Positions 26,216 through 39,099 of a stretch of 64,000 bases of DNA are shown piece after piece. The position numbers were made by a program, and so were the translations under genes. Location: contig MU058213.1 of the NCBI GenBank assembly GCA_013265495.1, positions 3,100,001-3,164,000 of the forward strand. The letters are read 5' to 3'. The notes beneath the pieces were generated by a model. That model made no database searches. It saw only the letters and a list, made by a program, of their open reading frames with translations, and was not told the origin of the DNA. The DNA comes from Vicugna vicugna (lineage: Eukaryota). Numbering within the stretch: the stretch's first letter is position 1; each line of letters begins with the position of its first letter.

Positions 26216-28441
26216 CTCTGCCTATCAAGGAATGTTTGCCCTGTAATAAATGCCCTTTGATGCTGTATTGACTTTGTGTTTTATTAGTTTCTATTTCACT
26301 CTCCTGGCCCTCACCTTCACTGTCAGTTAGCCATCTGTCCCTTGCTAGAGGAATCAGTGTGCCTTTCTAGAGTCACCCCTTCCCCTGCCAACCTGCAGCT
26401 TCTAATTGACAAGACACTTGGAAACCAAATAAGCAAGATCAGAATTACGTGTGAAATGGAGAAAAATGGACATCAGACACGTTCTGGAAGTCTCTCTGTG
26501 GGACAAGTCAGCGAGCTTCCATACACGAACCTTCTCTCTGACTACTCGGAGCCCGCGGGGCTTACTTCCTAACTCTCAACTGGAGGGCAGTGAGCTGGGT
26601 GGCACTTGAGGTAACCAGCCGTCCCAGCTTACCTGTGACTGAGTTTTAGCACTGACAGTCCTACATACCTGGAAACCCCAGTCTCAGCACTGGTCAAATT
26701 ACTTAATCCTTTTGAGCCTGTTTTATCATCTGTAAAATGAAGGATAATATTTACTTTGAAAGTCTATTGAGAATTAAATGAGAGAAATGCTCATATAATT
26801 CCTGACACACGGGAAGCTCTCAATAAATGGGAGCTCTAGCTACTGTACTCAGTTACCTACTGTTATTACCGACTCTAATATCAGGGGCAAAACAAATTAT
26901 TCTTAGCAACTTAACCTGTACCTTGGTTGTTTTCTTACTGGCAAAAATAATTTGCCTTCTATATGGTGGACCCCAGGAATGTTTGCTTTTGTGACTCTCC
27001 CTCCACCTTTGTCCTACACAATTTGTTTCAGGGACTAAGACTTATTAAATACATTTAATATTTCAATACTGCTGAGTTCTCCACCGGGCCTGAGAGATTT
27101 CTGCCGTCTTTGGATACATGCGTCTTTCTTACTATGGGAGCCCTGGGGTTCTTATGTCAGTAGCTGCTTCTAAACTTCCGGACGGAAACCAGCATTCCAA
27201 CTCCCAAAGAAGGGCATCAGGCATCACACCTGAGATTCTTTTTTAATTTACATCTTACTTTCTTCCTTCACAATGGCACCAAATCATAGTCTCCTAACAG
27301 ATTAACAATTCATTCACTAAATACGTCTGTTCAATTCTATGCCTGAAAAATAAGGGATCTTATCAACCAACAGATGAAATGCCACTTCAGACCTCAAAGG
27401 CAGCTCAGGACTTGAAAGATAATAATTATAGCCCAGAGGAAGCTGCTCACACCAGGGCAGCCCACCAACACAAGGATGAAGTTGCTGTAAGAAAAGTTGC
27501 ACAATTTGGGGGAGATAACTGAAAAGATCTTAAGTTACAAAACAAAAACATGGCCTGGGAACCCTCTAAGAGGCAGCTGAAAGCCTCAATGGCCAGGCGT
27601 CTAAGAGGCTTCTCTGTATGGGTTCCCAAGCTCCCTCGTCCCATGTTTGTATTTCTTCTGCCAGCGTCCCCACCCAGTGCCCAAGGCCTGTGAGCACAAA
27701 ACCGTGGAGAACCACAGAACCTCAGAGAAGCCTTGAGAGGCATCTGATCTAACCACTGAGGCAAAAGTGATTGGACCCAGGAGAGAACTCCTCTAAACAT
27801 GGCCCGATGCCCACTGACTGCAGAATCACATGGAGTAGTTGATGAAAATCCTGGGTTCCACCCAGATCCCCGAATAAGGATCTCTGGGAGGAAGTCTGGG
27901 GAATCTGCATTCATAACAAGCGTCCCAGAGGATTCCTGGTTATACAAAATAAGGTTTGAGAGCAGCTCCTCTACGGAGACAACAGACAGCAAAATGTACA
28001 ACCAAAGCTAGGCAAATGACCTGTAAGAAAGGCCACTTTTAACCTCCACCAGCCTCAGATTCCACATCTGTAAAATAAGGATAATAATGCCTACCTAGCA
28101 AGGTGGTTGTGAGAATTAAATGAGATAACAAGTAATGGCTTCAAACACAGGGCCTCACACCCAGCAGGCGTTCGATAAATATTAATCTATTCTCCAACCC
28201 CTTTCTTACGTGGCATTCAATGAAGATTTGTAACAGAAGTTCCTATTTTGAACAAATGTCACCAAGAAAGCAGAGAGCTGGCTTAAGTTAGAGCCTCCAT
28301 GTTAATGAGTCACCAACTAAAATGCTGAGGCCAGCAGCTTTAACTGATGGTTTGGTGGGAAAAAGGACCTGCGGATGGTGGTTCTCAAGCTTCATTGGGC
28401 ATCAGAGTCACCTGGATGGCTTGAAAAAACAGCTGCTGGCC

Positions 28442-28700
28442 AGGGGAGGAAATGAGGGATGAGAGATAAATTGGGAGTTCGAGATTTATAGATACTAACT
28501 GCTATATATAAAACAGATAAACAACAAGATCCTGCTGAACAGCACAGGGAACTGTATTCAATACCTTGTAATAGCCTATAATCAAAAAAAATATATATAT
28601 ATGTATAATTGAATCACTATGTTGCACACTGGAAATTAACACAACATTATAAACTTACTATACTTTGATTAAAAAATAAATAAGAATTTAAAAATAGAAT
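28442..28700 (+). mobile_element. L1 3' end inserted into a MER5A
   Basis: ACAACAAGATCCTGCTGAACAGCACAGGGAACTGTATTCAATACCTTGTAATA, followed by an A-tail. Confidence 0.8.
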
Positions 28701-29679
28701 AAAAGACAGACTGCTAGGCCATCTCCAGAGTTCCAGACTCAGCAGTTCTGGGTGGAGTCAGGAATCTGCATTCCTAACAAGTCCCAGGGTGCTGCTGCTG
28801 GTGTTGGTCCCAGAACCACACTCTGATCATCACCCTACAGCCCAGTACTAAAACAGAGTTGAGCTGACAGTTTATAATGAAAAAGGAAAACTCCGCTCTA
28901 AACATTTCCTGTTTGACACCAGACTGGTTAGTTACATGTCAATAAAGAAAAAAGTAATAAACCCACAATTTCCAAGGCTGCACCGCCTCTGTCTCTAAGA
29001 ATCTTTCTTACTACGTTTTTAATGAACAGAGCAGAGAGAAGGCCGGGAAATTTGAGTGCCACCTCCCAGCCTCCCATATGGGTGACCCAGAGTGAGACAC
29101 AGTGTATTTAGTATATTCAGCTGGGAACAGAGGTGGGCTCGGTCACTGGTTCCCCATCCTGGCTGAGCACCATCAATCACTACAGCAGCATTTAGATAAA
29201 ACATGGATTCTCCAGGCCTAACACCAAACCTAACCAACTAGAATCTCCCAAGGAGAGACTGAAAACCGTGTGGCTTTGTGTGCGTAGGTTTTAAATTAAA
29301 GCTCCCTGTGTGATTTTCAGGGACAGCCAGTTTTGAGGAACCATTCTCATGGTGATCCTTCAGTCCTCTTCCAGCACTAAAGCTTTGGATCTTTTTAATT
29401 TCTAAGTCCCTGTGCCTGATCTGTGCTTAACAAGTAGCCTCGTCCTTTTATATTTACTTCCCATGGAGTTTTTAACCAGAGCGAGTACATTCATCTTCAA
29501 AGAAAAGAATATAGTCTACTTAATAGTTCCATTTCTCTTGTATTGAAATGGCATTCTGGTTTTAGTTTAAAAAATAAAATAAAGTTCAATAAAGTCCAAT
29601 GTGTGTGAAAATAGGAATTACATAGAACTCAATCTCTCAGGCAGTCTTCTCTAACACCAACATCTGAGTTACTCTGTCA

Positions 29680-30330
29680 TTCACTCACTATTAAGTTAGC
29701 ATCTACCACATGCCAGGCATTATTCTAGGTGCTAAGCACATAGAAGTTCATCAAACAAAGTCCCCATTCTTATAGAGAGAACATTTTAGCAGGAAAAGAC
29801 AGAACATAAAAATAAAATAATTTCAAATAGTAACAAGGGCTGTGAAGACAACAGAGTAGTAACAGGACAGAGACTGACGGGAGGCTGCTTTCCACAGAGT
29901 GATCAGACGGATTCTTTGAGAGGTGATATTTGAAGTTGAATCTGAATGATGTCAAGGGATCGGCTAGGTGAGGATCTAAAGAAAAGAGTTACGGGCAAGT
30001 GCGAAGGCTCTGAGGAAGGAAAGAGCTTGGCATTTTTAAGGAACAGAAGGAAGCAGATGAGGCTAAAAGACGGAGGCACAGGGACGAGCAGAGGTCAAGA
30101 AGGCCAAGCGGGCTCAGATCACGGAGAATCTTACAGACCATGGTTAGAACAAGTGGATCGTATACCAACTGCAGTGCGAAGTGACAGACGAATTTCAAAC
30201 TGAAGAAGGATATGATCTGATCTACATTTTTCAAAGATAGCTGGCTTTGTGTGAGGAATGGGCTACGGGGGACCAAGAATGGGACCAGAAAAACAGCAGA
30301 ACAGGCAAGAAATGATGGTGGCCTTTAACT
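29680..30330 (-). mobile_element. LINE-2 fragment (others near 18700-19900, 23250-23750, 34240-34610, 38120-39070, 53440-54400)
   Basis: CATTCACTCA...ATGCCAGGCATTATTCTAGGTGCT...GAGGTGATATTTGAAGTTGA...ATGATCTGATCTACATTTT. Confidence 0.7.
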
Positions 30331-30460
30331 GGCAGTGGGCACATAGAGCAGATATTTCTGGACCACTTTAACATAGGTGAAAATCATAATATACTTGTTC
30401 GACTTCCTATAATACTTCAGAAAGAAAAGACACTGTTGGTTACAATTAAGAAACATAACT

Positions 30461-30620
30461 GGGAGAGGATATAGTTCAGGGGTAGAGTGCATGCTCAGCA
30501 TGCATGAGGGCCTAGGTTCAATCCCCAGTACCTCCATTAAATAAATAAATAAACCTAATTACCTCCCTCCACAAAAAACACAATAAATAAATAAACAAAA
30601 AAAGAATCCCACCACAAAAA
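30461..30620 (+). mobile_element. tRNA-derived SINE, same family
   Basis: Head, then (AAAT)n, CCTAATTACCTCC and an A-rich tail. Confidence 0.85.
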
Positions 30621-31474
30621 GCATGTAATTAAATAAAAAGTTAAAAAAAATAAACAGGAGCATGGGGCATAGAAAGAACACAGCCAGGAACCAGCAGCCT
30701 TGTCTCCTAGAATCCTATCTGCTATCAGTTTGCCACTTGACCTTGGGCACAGCTCGGAACCTCTAAGGTGGTGGAGGGGAGGTGCCTACCAGCCTTTAAA
30801 TTACACGATGCTGTGAGTGTCACCCATTATGTTTCCTTATCTGGGCGGCAAAACAGGCTGCTGACTCAGGGTTGTGGTTTTGTTGTTGACTTTCAGCTCC
30901 CAGAGAGGCTCTCGTCAAGCAGGAAACGAGGTATTAATGAAGACACTGTCCAGTCTTGGTATTTCCTTGGGAAACTCTGGGGTCTGGGGCACCTCTGGCG
31001 CCGGGACCCAGGGTCCGGCTGGGGGGTCTGTGAAGCTGGCGGGCTGAGGGCACAGTCTCCGAGGAACTGAGGGACCCCACCTCCAGGCACAGGGCTCTCA
31101 GATCTTTCTGGCAGCCTTCCACCTGTGCTGAATCACGCGGCAGCCAGGCACAGCAATCCAGCTCTCACATCCTACTGGCAGGCTGTCTCCACCCGGCCCA
31201 CTCCTCTCAAACCACCGACCTGGCACCTGGGTGAGGCCCTCTCTCTACGCGATCCCGGAGGTGAGGGACTCTTGGTCTCGTCTGCCTGTCAGAGCCCTTA
31301 TATAAGACTTACATCCATACAGACGCCTGGGCTCTACTCCACATTTAATGACTTAGAACTGGGGTGAGGGAGGTTGGAAAGACAACAGTGGCGCAGTTAG
31401 GCTTAGTTAGCTTACATGATGGAGAGAGTGTGGAACTCGGACCCTGCAGGCCAGAGAGGTTCAACGATTCGTCT

Positions 31475-31700
31475 CACGCTGGGTTTCTCAGCCTTGGCAC
31501 CACTGACATTTTGGGCAGGACAATCCTTTGTCACCAGGGGCTGTCTGGTGCCTTGTGGGATGTTTAGCAGGGTGTCCGGTCTCTACCCACTAAACGCCTG
31601 TAGTAACTCCCCAGTGGTGACAACCAGACAAGTTTCCAGACATTGCCCAATGTCCCCCAGGGGAGAAGGGGGGGATGTCAGCCCAGCTGAGGCCCACATG
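31475..31700. mobile_element. MER20 (hAT DNA transposon)
   Basis: TTTCTCAGCCTTGGCACCACTGACATTTTGGGC...GGATGTTTAGCAG...CCAGACATTGCC. Confidence 0.85.
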
Positions 31701-33354
31701 TGTAATATCCCTTAGTTAATTATTGGCAATGTTAGAAACCAGAAACGGATCCACTAACTCCTGGCAGTGTTGGTTCCTCCACAACCAAGCAGGACCTGTG
31801 GAACACAGGATGAGTCACTCCCTGAGGAAATACCACAACCCACTTCACAGCTCTCTGTGCCCAAGCAGCGGGGGTGATGGAGAGCTGACCTTGTCCCTGA
31901 CAGAGGAAGCCCATGACCTTGTCCCTGACAAGGGAAGCCCAGCCTGGAACAGCCAGCAGCTTTGCTTGGCCACATTTGGTCTCTGCTGTCTGACTGAAAG
32001 ACAAAACCTTATCTTTTCAAGGGCTGCTTGACCATTTTACTCATTCCTGGGGTTGCTCCCCTGTGGTGGTAAGACTCATTATGAAAACGAATCACACACT
32101 GCAGGAAACGAAGAAATCCTGACTGCCACCACGGGTTATATTTTAAAATTCTCAGGTGTCTCAAAGGAACATTTAAGTCAAGACCTGTTTCAATATGTCT
32201 CACTCCTCCTGATATTTGGGCTAATACAGCAAGAATCAAAATACCTTACCATCAGCTTCAGTTAGCCGATTGAGACGCTGTCTTTGTTTCAAAGGATACA
32301 AACGCACAGGAGATAAGTAACCAGACATACCCAGATAAGACTGGACCAGCTGCCCACGTGGTATGATCAGGCCAGGACAGATGCACAGCAGTTAATTAGT
32401 ACGAACAGAGTTTTCAGTCTCTTGGCAACTGATTTTATTATTATGCTTTGACCTGGGCAGCTGGTAAGGCTTTATATGAATTCATCAACAAAACTATGAG
32501 AAAACAGGATTAGTGGCTCTGAAATACGGTATTCTAGCAGCAGTCAGAGGAAGCATGTTTGTTTTCAAGGCTGCTTTCTCAAATAGGTACGAATAATTTT
32601 AAAATAATAAGACAACCCAGTGTTTTGAAAGGACACATCCCTGAAGTTTAAGTCACATATACCTATCTACTACGTTGGTCCACACAAAGCAGGCAGGTTG
32701 TCAACGATGCAACACCGGCAGGGCTGTGGAATTAATCTCAGCGAGTCCACCTTAAGCAAAGCATCTGACAATAAAAACTCAAAAGGGACAAAAATATCAA
32801 CAAGACCATAAAAGCAATAAAAACACATCGAAAGGCAGGCTTTCTGGCATCGTCACAGGGAATACAACCAAGTGGTGGCTTTCAACAGTCCTGCGGCTCT
32901 CAGAGAAAAGTCAGGGTGTCCATGAGGACGGCTTTGCCTGCCACATGTTAGATGTAGGGACTGGAAGGAGTAATCGTGGGAGGGTGGCAGTAGAAGTGAT
33001 TAAAGGTCAGCGCGAAAACATAAGCAACTTACACACGATCCCTTAATGGAAAACATTATGCAGCAGACCAACCACCACACCTAGAGTTCCGGCTCTGGCT
33101 CTGCCACTGACTGTGTGATCTGAGAAAAGGTCTTAACATCTCCGGATACAAATTTCCTTAACTACAAAACAACAGCTTCAACTACAGAAGCTGAATCTTC
33201 TCCCACCTCCTTCCAGTTCTAATACTCCTTGAGTTTACAGGTCCTTTTCTTCCCTAAAATGGACACACGTGCGGTCACCAAAATGAGCCACAGCTCAGTC
33301 ATTCTTTGGACATTATCAAGATCAATGCATTTCCTGGGCATAAACATGGGTTTA

Positions 33355-33530
33355 CCAGGCCAGGGTCACCAGATTAAATATAAGCCACTGGCTAATTTTG
33401 CCTTCATAAAAACCAACAAATAATTTTTTTAGTGCAAATATGTCCCAAGAATCGCACAGAACATACTTACAGTAAAAAAAATGATTTGTTGTTTATCCAA
33501 AAGGCAATTTTTAAAAAATTTGCTAAATAT
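33355..33530. mobile_element. MER53-like palindromic MITE
   Basis: AGGGTCACCAGAT...AACAAATAATTTTTTTAGT...ATGATTTGTTGTTTATC, with internal inverted symmetry. Confidence 0.55.
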
Positions 33531-34659
33531 AGCCCCCAACCTCTGACCCCACATTCAAAGTCCAATTTCAATAATCAAAAGTCTGATTTCAGATATGTAA
33601 GTGGTTCCAAGAGTGGCCGAGGCACTAAATGGGAGGCTTCATGGGTAACATACATAGAGGCCAAATCAAAACAAAAACAAAGACTGAAAGGAAGAATAAC
33701 TTTGAACTTCCCTTTTGAGTAAGTGAGGCCTCAAATTTTATTTAATGTTAAATAAAATACGAGTGTTAGTAGATCTTTATCACACAAGAAGAGTGTGGTG
33801 TCCTGCATGACTAGACACAAGGCCTACAAGCTGAATGCTCTTGGCTTCACACCCCTTACCTTGTGGATGTCAAGTTAACTACCAATCCTTTAACTCATCC
33901 TCAGCGCTCATGTCTGTTCCCAAGGTAATCAGCTTAAGGGAAACCAGACCGTAAACTGCAACTTCCTGACTGAGAGGCAGAGGAATAGATTCGGTCCAAG
34001 CACAACCGGCACACGGCATAAAAAGTAAAGGCAGGGTAAAATTACCCTCTTCAGAAGGCAATATTGTTCTAACAATGACACAGGGGCGCAGGGGCTCATA
34101 TTTTTTAAAAATTTCAGCTTCCCTGAGGTATAATTAATTATATACCTTACGTATAAAATTGTAAGATATTTAAAGTGTACATCATGGTGATCTGATACAT
34201 GTATACACTGCAAAAGGGATTCCCCCCATCACCCATCTAGTCAATTAGGGGCTAACCAGGAGTGAGTGACATGATTGACTTTGGCTGCTGTGTTGAGAAC
34301 AGGCTGTAGAAGGTGAGGGTAGAACCAAAGTGGCCCCGTAGGAGGCTTTTGAGTAACTCAGGTGATAGAAATAATAGGAACTTGGTGGAAACAGTGGAAA
34401 TGGTGGGAAACAGTTATTATCCTAGATATAGTCTCAAAGTAGAACCAGGGAGATTGCTGAGGGACTACTGTGGGGTATGACAGAAAAAAGAGAATCGGGG
34501 TGACCCCAGGGTGTTTAATGTGAGCAGCTGGAAGAGTGAAGTTGCTATAAACTGAGATGGGGGAGATTAAGGGAAAAGTAGGTTTGGAAAAGGAAAACCA
34601 AGAGTCTGTTTCCTTGAGATTGTTGCCCACTTCAAGACTTCTACATCTGTTCTAAAACC

Positions 34660-35190
34660 AAGGCAACAGAAATTGAGAAGCTGATCCTAAATTTCTTAGG
34701 GAAATTCAAGGGACCCAGAATAGCTAGAACAATGCTGAAAAAAAAAAAAGTGGGAGGACTCACACTTCCCAATTTCAAACCTTACCACATACAGAACTAA
34801 TAAAGGGAATGTGATACTAGCATAAAGATAGACATACAGATCGATTGAGTGGAACTCAGAGTCTAGAAACAAACCCTTACATTGACAGTTTATATTCAAC
34901 AGAGGCATTAACACTATTCAAAGGGGGAAAATAATCTCAACAAATGGTGCTGGAAGAACTGAATATTCATACGCAAAAGGATTAAGTTACACCCCTAACT
35001 CACACCATATACAAACATTAACTGGAAGTGAGTCAAAGATTGAAATGTAAGAGCTAAAACTATAAAACTCTTAAAACATAGGCAATAATCTTCATGACTT
35101 TGGATTTAGCAATGCTTTCTTAGATTTGACACCAAAAGCACAGCAACAGAAGAAAAACTAACTATACCTCATCAAAATTAAAAATCAAGG
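34660..35190 (+). mobile_element. L1 ORF2 fragment
   Basis: AAGCTGATCCTAAATTTC...CTCAACAAATGGTGCTGG...GTAAGAGCTAAAACTATAAAACTC. Confidence 0.85.
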
Positions 35191-36039
35191 CAGGCCATGG
35201 AAATGAAGGGAGGGAGGGAGGGAGAAAGAATAAAGGAAAGGAAGAAAGGAGGAATGAAAACATAAAACATAGAAAAGAATGCTCATCAGTCAAGCTTTTT
35301 CAGGATTACATTAACCTTTCTTCATTTCTAACTATCTGCAGAAATTCTGTTTTCCAGATTGCATTTTCCTCCTAAAGCAAGTCTCTAAGAAGGCTAAAAT
35401 AAATAAATAAATAAATACAGAAATAAATACAGAAATACAGAAATAAACACAGAAATAAATAAAAGGAACAGGAACAGTGGAGCACCAACCAATTAAATCA
35501 GCAATAATCACAGAAAATGTATATGCCATAACACAACTCCCCCTTCCAACATCTGACTCAACCAAAAAGTGAGAATCCATCTTCTAGGAAAAAACAGCTG
35601 TTAGCCCACAGAGGTAAGAAAGAGGACCCCATGGCAGAAGATTCTGAAGCCATGTGGCCTCAGTAGCCAGCAGGAGCCAAAATGCTGGGAAGGCAAAATC
35701 AAGGACTCAAAAGATTTTCTTCACCTCAGGCCTGGCTTTGCTTATTCGGTGATCTATTGGGACAGAGACAAAGCTTTGGCAAGTTAGCGAAAACTGTCAT
35801 CACATCGGCCCTACCACCAGTCAAGACCGGAGGGCCTGGCTGCCAGGTAGAGTTTTCCATCTGACTGCCAGGGAAAGGGAGAATCCTCTCTCACCCAGGC
35901 AGCCTGCCATCCAGACCCTTATCAACAAAGGTGTAAAGACGTTAAATCATTCAACTGACATCAATGGGAGAGTAAGAAACTAGGCGGGCAGTGCAGAAGG
36001 TCTGGGACCTTCCTTCTCTCCTGCCAGAGAAGTTTCCTT

Positions 36040-37150
36040 CCTCCCACCGCGCGATGGGGACCCTCGCACCTGGAGGCTGCCAGGAGGTGACCTCAGCCCC
36101 GTCCCAACCTCGGACGCCACCTAGTCAACACTTTGCCTAAGCTGACCCCCAGCATCCGCGACTGTCATCTCAGGGTCTTTGCTGAGGTCCTAGGAGAAGC
36201 AACGCAGCTTTTCTCGGCGGCTCACTCAGAGCGGGAGAGGAGCCTTAGCCTCTATCCGCAGCGCCAGGACCAGCCCCTCTGCCCGCCGCTACCTCGCTCT
36301 ACCCTCCGGAGAGACTGGCACCTGCCAGGCGCCGGTGGCCTGAGCGCGCCTCCCGAGCCGCCCGCAGCCGCCGCCTCACCTGGTTCCACCCGCGGTCCCA
36401 CGCCGCTCTGTCCCCGCGCGCGCCGCGTCCACCCGCTGCCGGCCTTTTTTGGGTCCTTGGCGGGTATTTTCCGTCTGGTCTCACATCACTTCCCGTAAAG
36501 GAGAGCGAGGTGGGGGCGGGACCTCCTCTCCACCCTCCACCTCCCGCTTCCTCCTGTCACCTCGGGGAGCACACCCGCCCTCCTCGGGCGCCGTCCCCAG
36601 TCCCGCCGCACCTGCCGAGTGCTCCACTAGGGACCCTCGCGGAGGCCCCGCTTGCCTCATTTGGCCAGAGCCTGTTTGTCTCTGCTGCCCTTTCCTAGAA
36701 GGCGCAAAACCGTAGGGCGTTGTTTTCGCTTAGAGACGGAGGGGTGGCATTTACAAACTGCTCAGGGATCCATGCACTGCATGGTATGGTTTGATGTCTC
36801 TTGCCAAATCTCCTCCTCAAAAGCCATTTTCTAAAGGTGTTTTCCAGGGCATAAGGTCGGTGTCTCCACCTTGTAGCCAGAGATGCTGAGAGCTTTAAAT
36901 TTGACCCCACCTGGGATTCCTGAGGCTCTGGGGAAGGAGGGTGGTTAGGGCTGAGGGAGGTTCTGCTCGCGGTGTTCGCTTTGGTCCGGGGACCGCACCC
37001 GTGCAGGGCGTCCGGTTCTGCCACCGGCCGTCCCGACCCGCCAGCTCCTCACTCAGGTGGCCTGGGCCTGGCCTTCACCGAATGCGGGAAAGCTCTGGGA
37101 TTCTTGAAAATGACGGGGGGTGGGGGGGAGGAGGGGGGAGCGAGGCAGGG
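36040..37150. promoter_or_regulatory. RAB27A: CpG island / upstream promoter of RAB27A
   Basis: Dense CpG and high GC. GC boxes (GGGGCGGG near 36513-36520; CCCGCCC copies) and an ETS site next to the exon. Confidence 0.75.
36380..36500 (-). other. RAB27A: RAB27A non-coding first exon (5' end approximate)
   Basis: Lies in a CpG-rich island. Ends at a strong minus-strand donor CAG|GTGAGG (intron starts 36379). ETS motif GGAAGTG near 36487-36493. Gene assignment is by synteny with PIGBOS1/PIGB, since no RAB27A coding sequence is in the window. Confidence 0.7.
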
Positions 37151-39099
37151 ATAGTAAAATTCCGGCATGAAAAAATAAATACATTTCTAGAAGAAAATGA
37201 CAAAGGGAGGAAGGGAAGGTCTCTGCTCGTAGAGTCTAGCTCAGATTATAAAGTCGCTCTAAATTAAATTTCCAAGAATTAGCGCAATTAGTTAAAAAAA
37301 CAAAAGGCAAAAGGTAGTACGTTTAAGACTAGCCCCTGTAAGGAGAAATCTTCGAGCCTTTGCTGCCCTCCAGCGGCTTCTCTCAGCGCCAACGGTTTTG
37401 GGTGGGCCTGCTTGAACCTGTGGCCCTGAAGCAGAGGCAGCCAAATTCCTCCTCCAGTGGCCTAGGGGTCTGAACAGTGGCTTTTGGGCCTGCCACCGTG
37501 GGCTCTCAGGCAAAGCACTTCTTTGAACCAAATAATTCCACTTCTTAAGCAAAACAAAATGACTGGAAGCCCTAGTCCAGCTTCTCTTACCATCTGTTCC
37601 ATTCCACTGATTCTACCTCCACTTGCACCACAAATTCCAGCTCTCAGGTCAACCTGCCCTACTCCGTCATCCTTTCAGTCTGTAATTAATCAGAGTTTGC
37701 ATTACAGTATAATTAGCTTCTCATATTATTTACAAAATCACATACAGGGTCAACTATATGAAACTGCCGAATTTGACTAGACATTCAATCTGGTAGCTCC
37801 AGGCAACTATAGCACAGTTATCTCAGAGTTAGGGATAACAGATAACACCATCGGGTGATGGTTTCCAGGGATGTTCCCCAGGTAAGAGAAGGGCCATCAA
37901 ACTGTTGTTGATGGAGATTAAGACAGGAAAAGTAGTCCCACATTTATGTGTAGAGGAAGTCTTGGGAGTCACCGATCAGCTAAGATTTGAGGGGGCCAAC
38001 AATGCAGCAACTGCCAATGGCTCTCCCTTCAGCCTTCCCACTCCTGCAGCCAGGCATGGCTGTCACCAGTTTTCCAGGGAGGAGATCAGAAAACAGACAG
38101 CAGTGCTGTGGTCTATTCATCACCCACTCATTCATTTCATTCAGTGAGTCAAGCACTGTGATAAGTACCGGAGATGCAACAGTGAACAAGGTAAACTGGT
38201 TCCTACGTTCAGGGATCCTGCCCTCAGAGACACCAAGTTAACTCCAATGCAGTGAGATGAGATCCTTGATAAGGGAAGTTAGAGTGTAACTGGAAGACAG
38301 AGAAGAGACACCAAGTCAAGACTTCTACAGAAAGGGATGTATAAATTAAGGATAGATAAAGGGAAGAAGGTGAGAGAGAAGAGAATTCTAGGAAAAGAGA
38401 GCAAAGGAATGGCCTGGAGGTAAAAGAGAGAATGAGATATTGGAGCAACTGAAAGAAGTTCAGAAAAGCTGAAAAACTGAGTGTAAGGAAACAATCAAAG
38501 AAACTGGAGAAATAAGCAGAGGCTGGATTATGATGAACCCTGGAATGATTATAATAATAATAGCTAACATTTATTGACCATGTACTATGACTCAGTTAAT
38601 ATGCTAGAACTTTACATTTATCACCTCATCTACTTCTCACAATTTCCCTATGAAATAAGCACTATTCTGTCCCCATAATACGGATGAGGAAACTGAGTCT
38701 TAAGGTGACTAAGCAACCTGACCAAGATCATATAGCTAACAGGAGGCACAGCCAGGACTAGAACTTAGAACTCATTTTCTTAATGGCTATAAGGCTAAGG
38801 ATGGGTTGGGGAGGCCACTTAGCATGTTGAAATCCAAGTGAGGGATAATAGTTAAGGCAGCAACCATGACCGTGAGGATGAAGACGAACGGACAGATGTG
38901 AGATATCTGGGGGAGTGTATCAGAAAGACATGGTTGCAGTGGGTGAGGGAAAGGAAGGAATCCATGGAGACACCCAGGTTTCTGGTTTGAGCAACTAGGA
39001 ACCTCTGAGCAAAAAGAAGAAAGCAACAGGGAGGGAGAGTGAAGTAGGCCATAATGAACAAGTTTAGGACATCTGATCATAACTCACTGAATAAAATAG

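Noticed and set aside
27447..28001. Longest ORF in the track (184 aa, minus strand)
   Set aside because: It starts at a non-ATG codon, overlaps a MER5A copy and has no recognisable domain.
35395..35465. (AAAT)n/(AAATACAG)n array
   Set aside because: A simple low-complexity repeat with no spacers; not CRISPR-like, and the context is eukaryotic.
36133..37267. Several 60-120 aa ORFs in the RAB27A CpG island
   Set aside because: Pro/Arg/Gly-rich frames are expected from GC content, and I recognise no homology.
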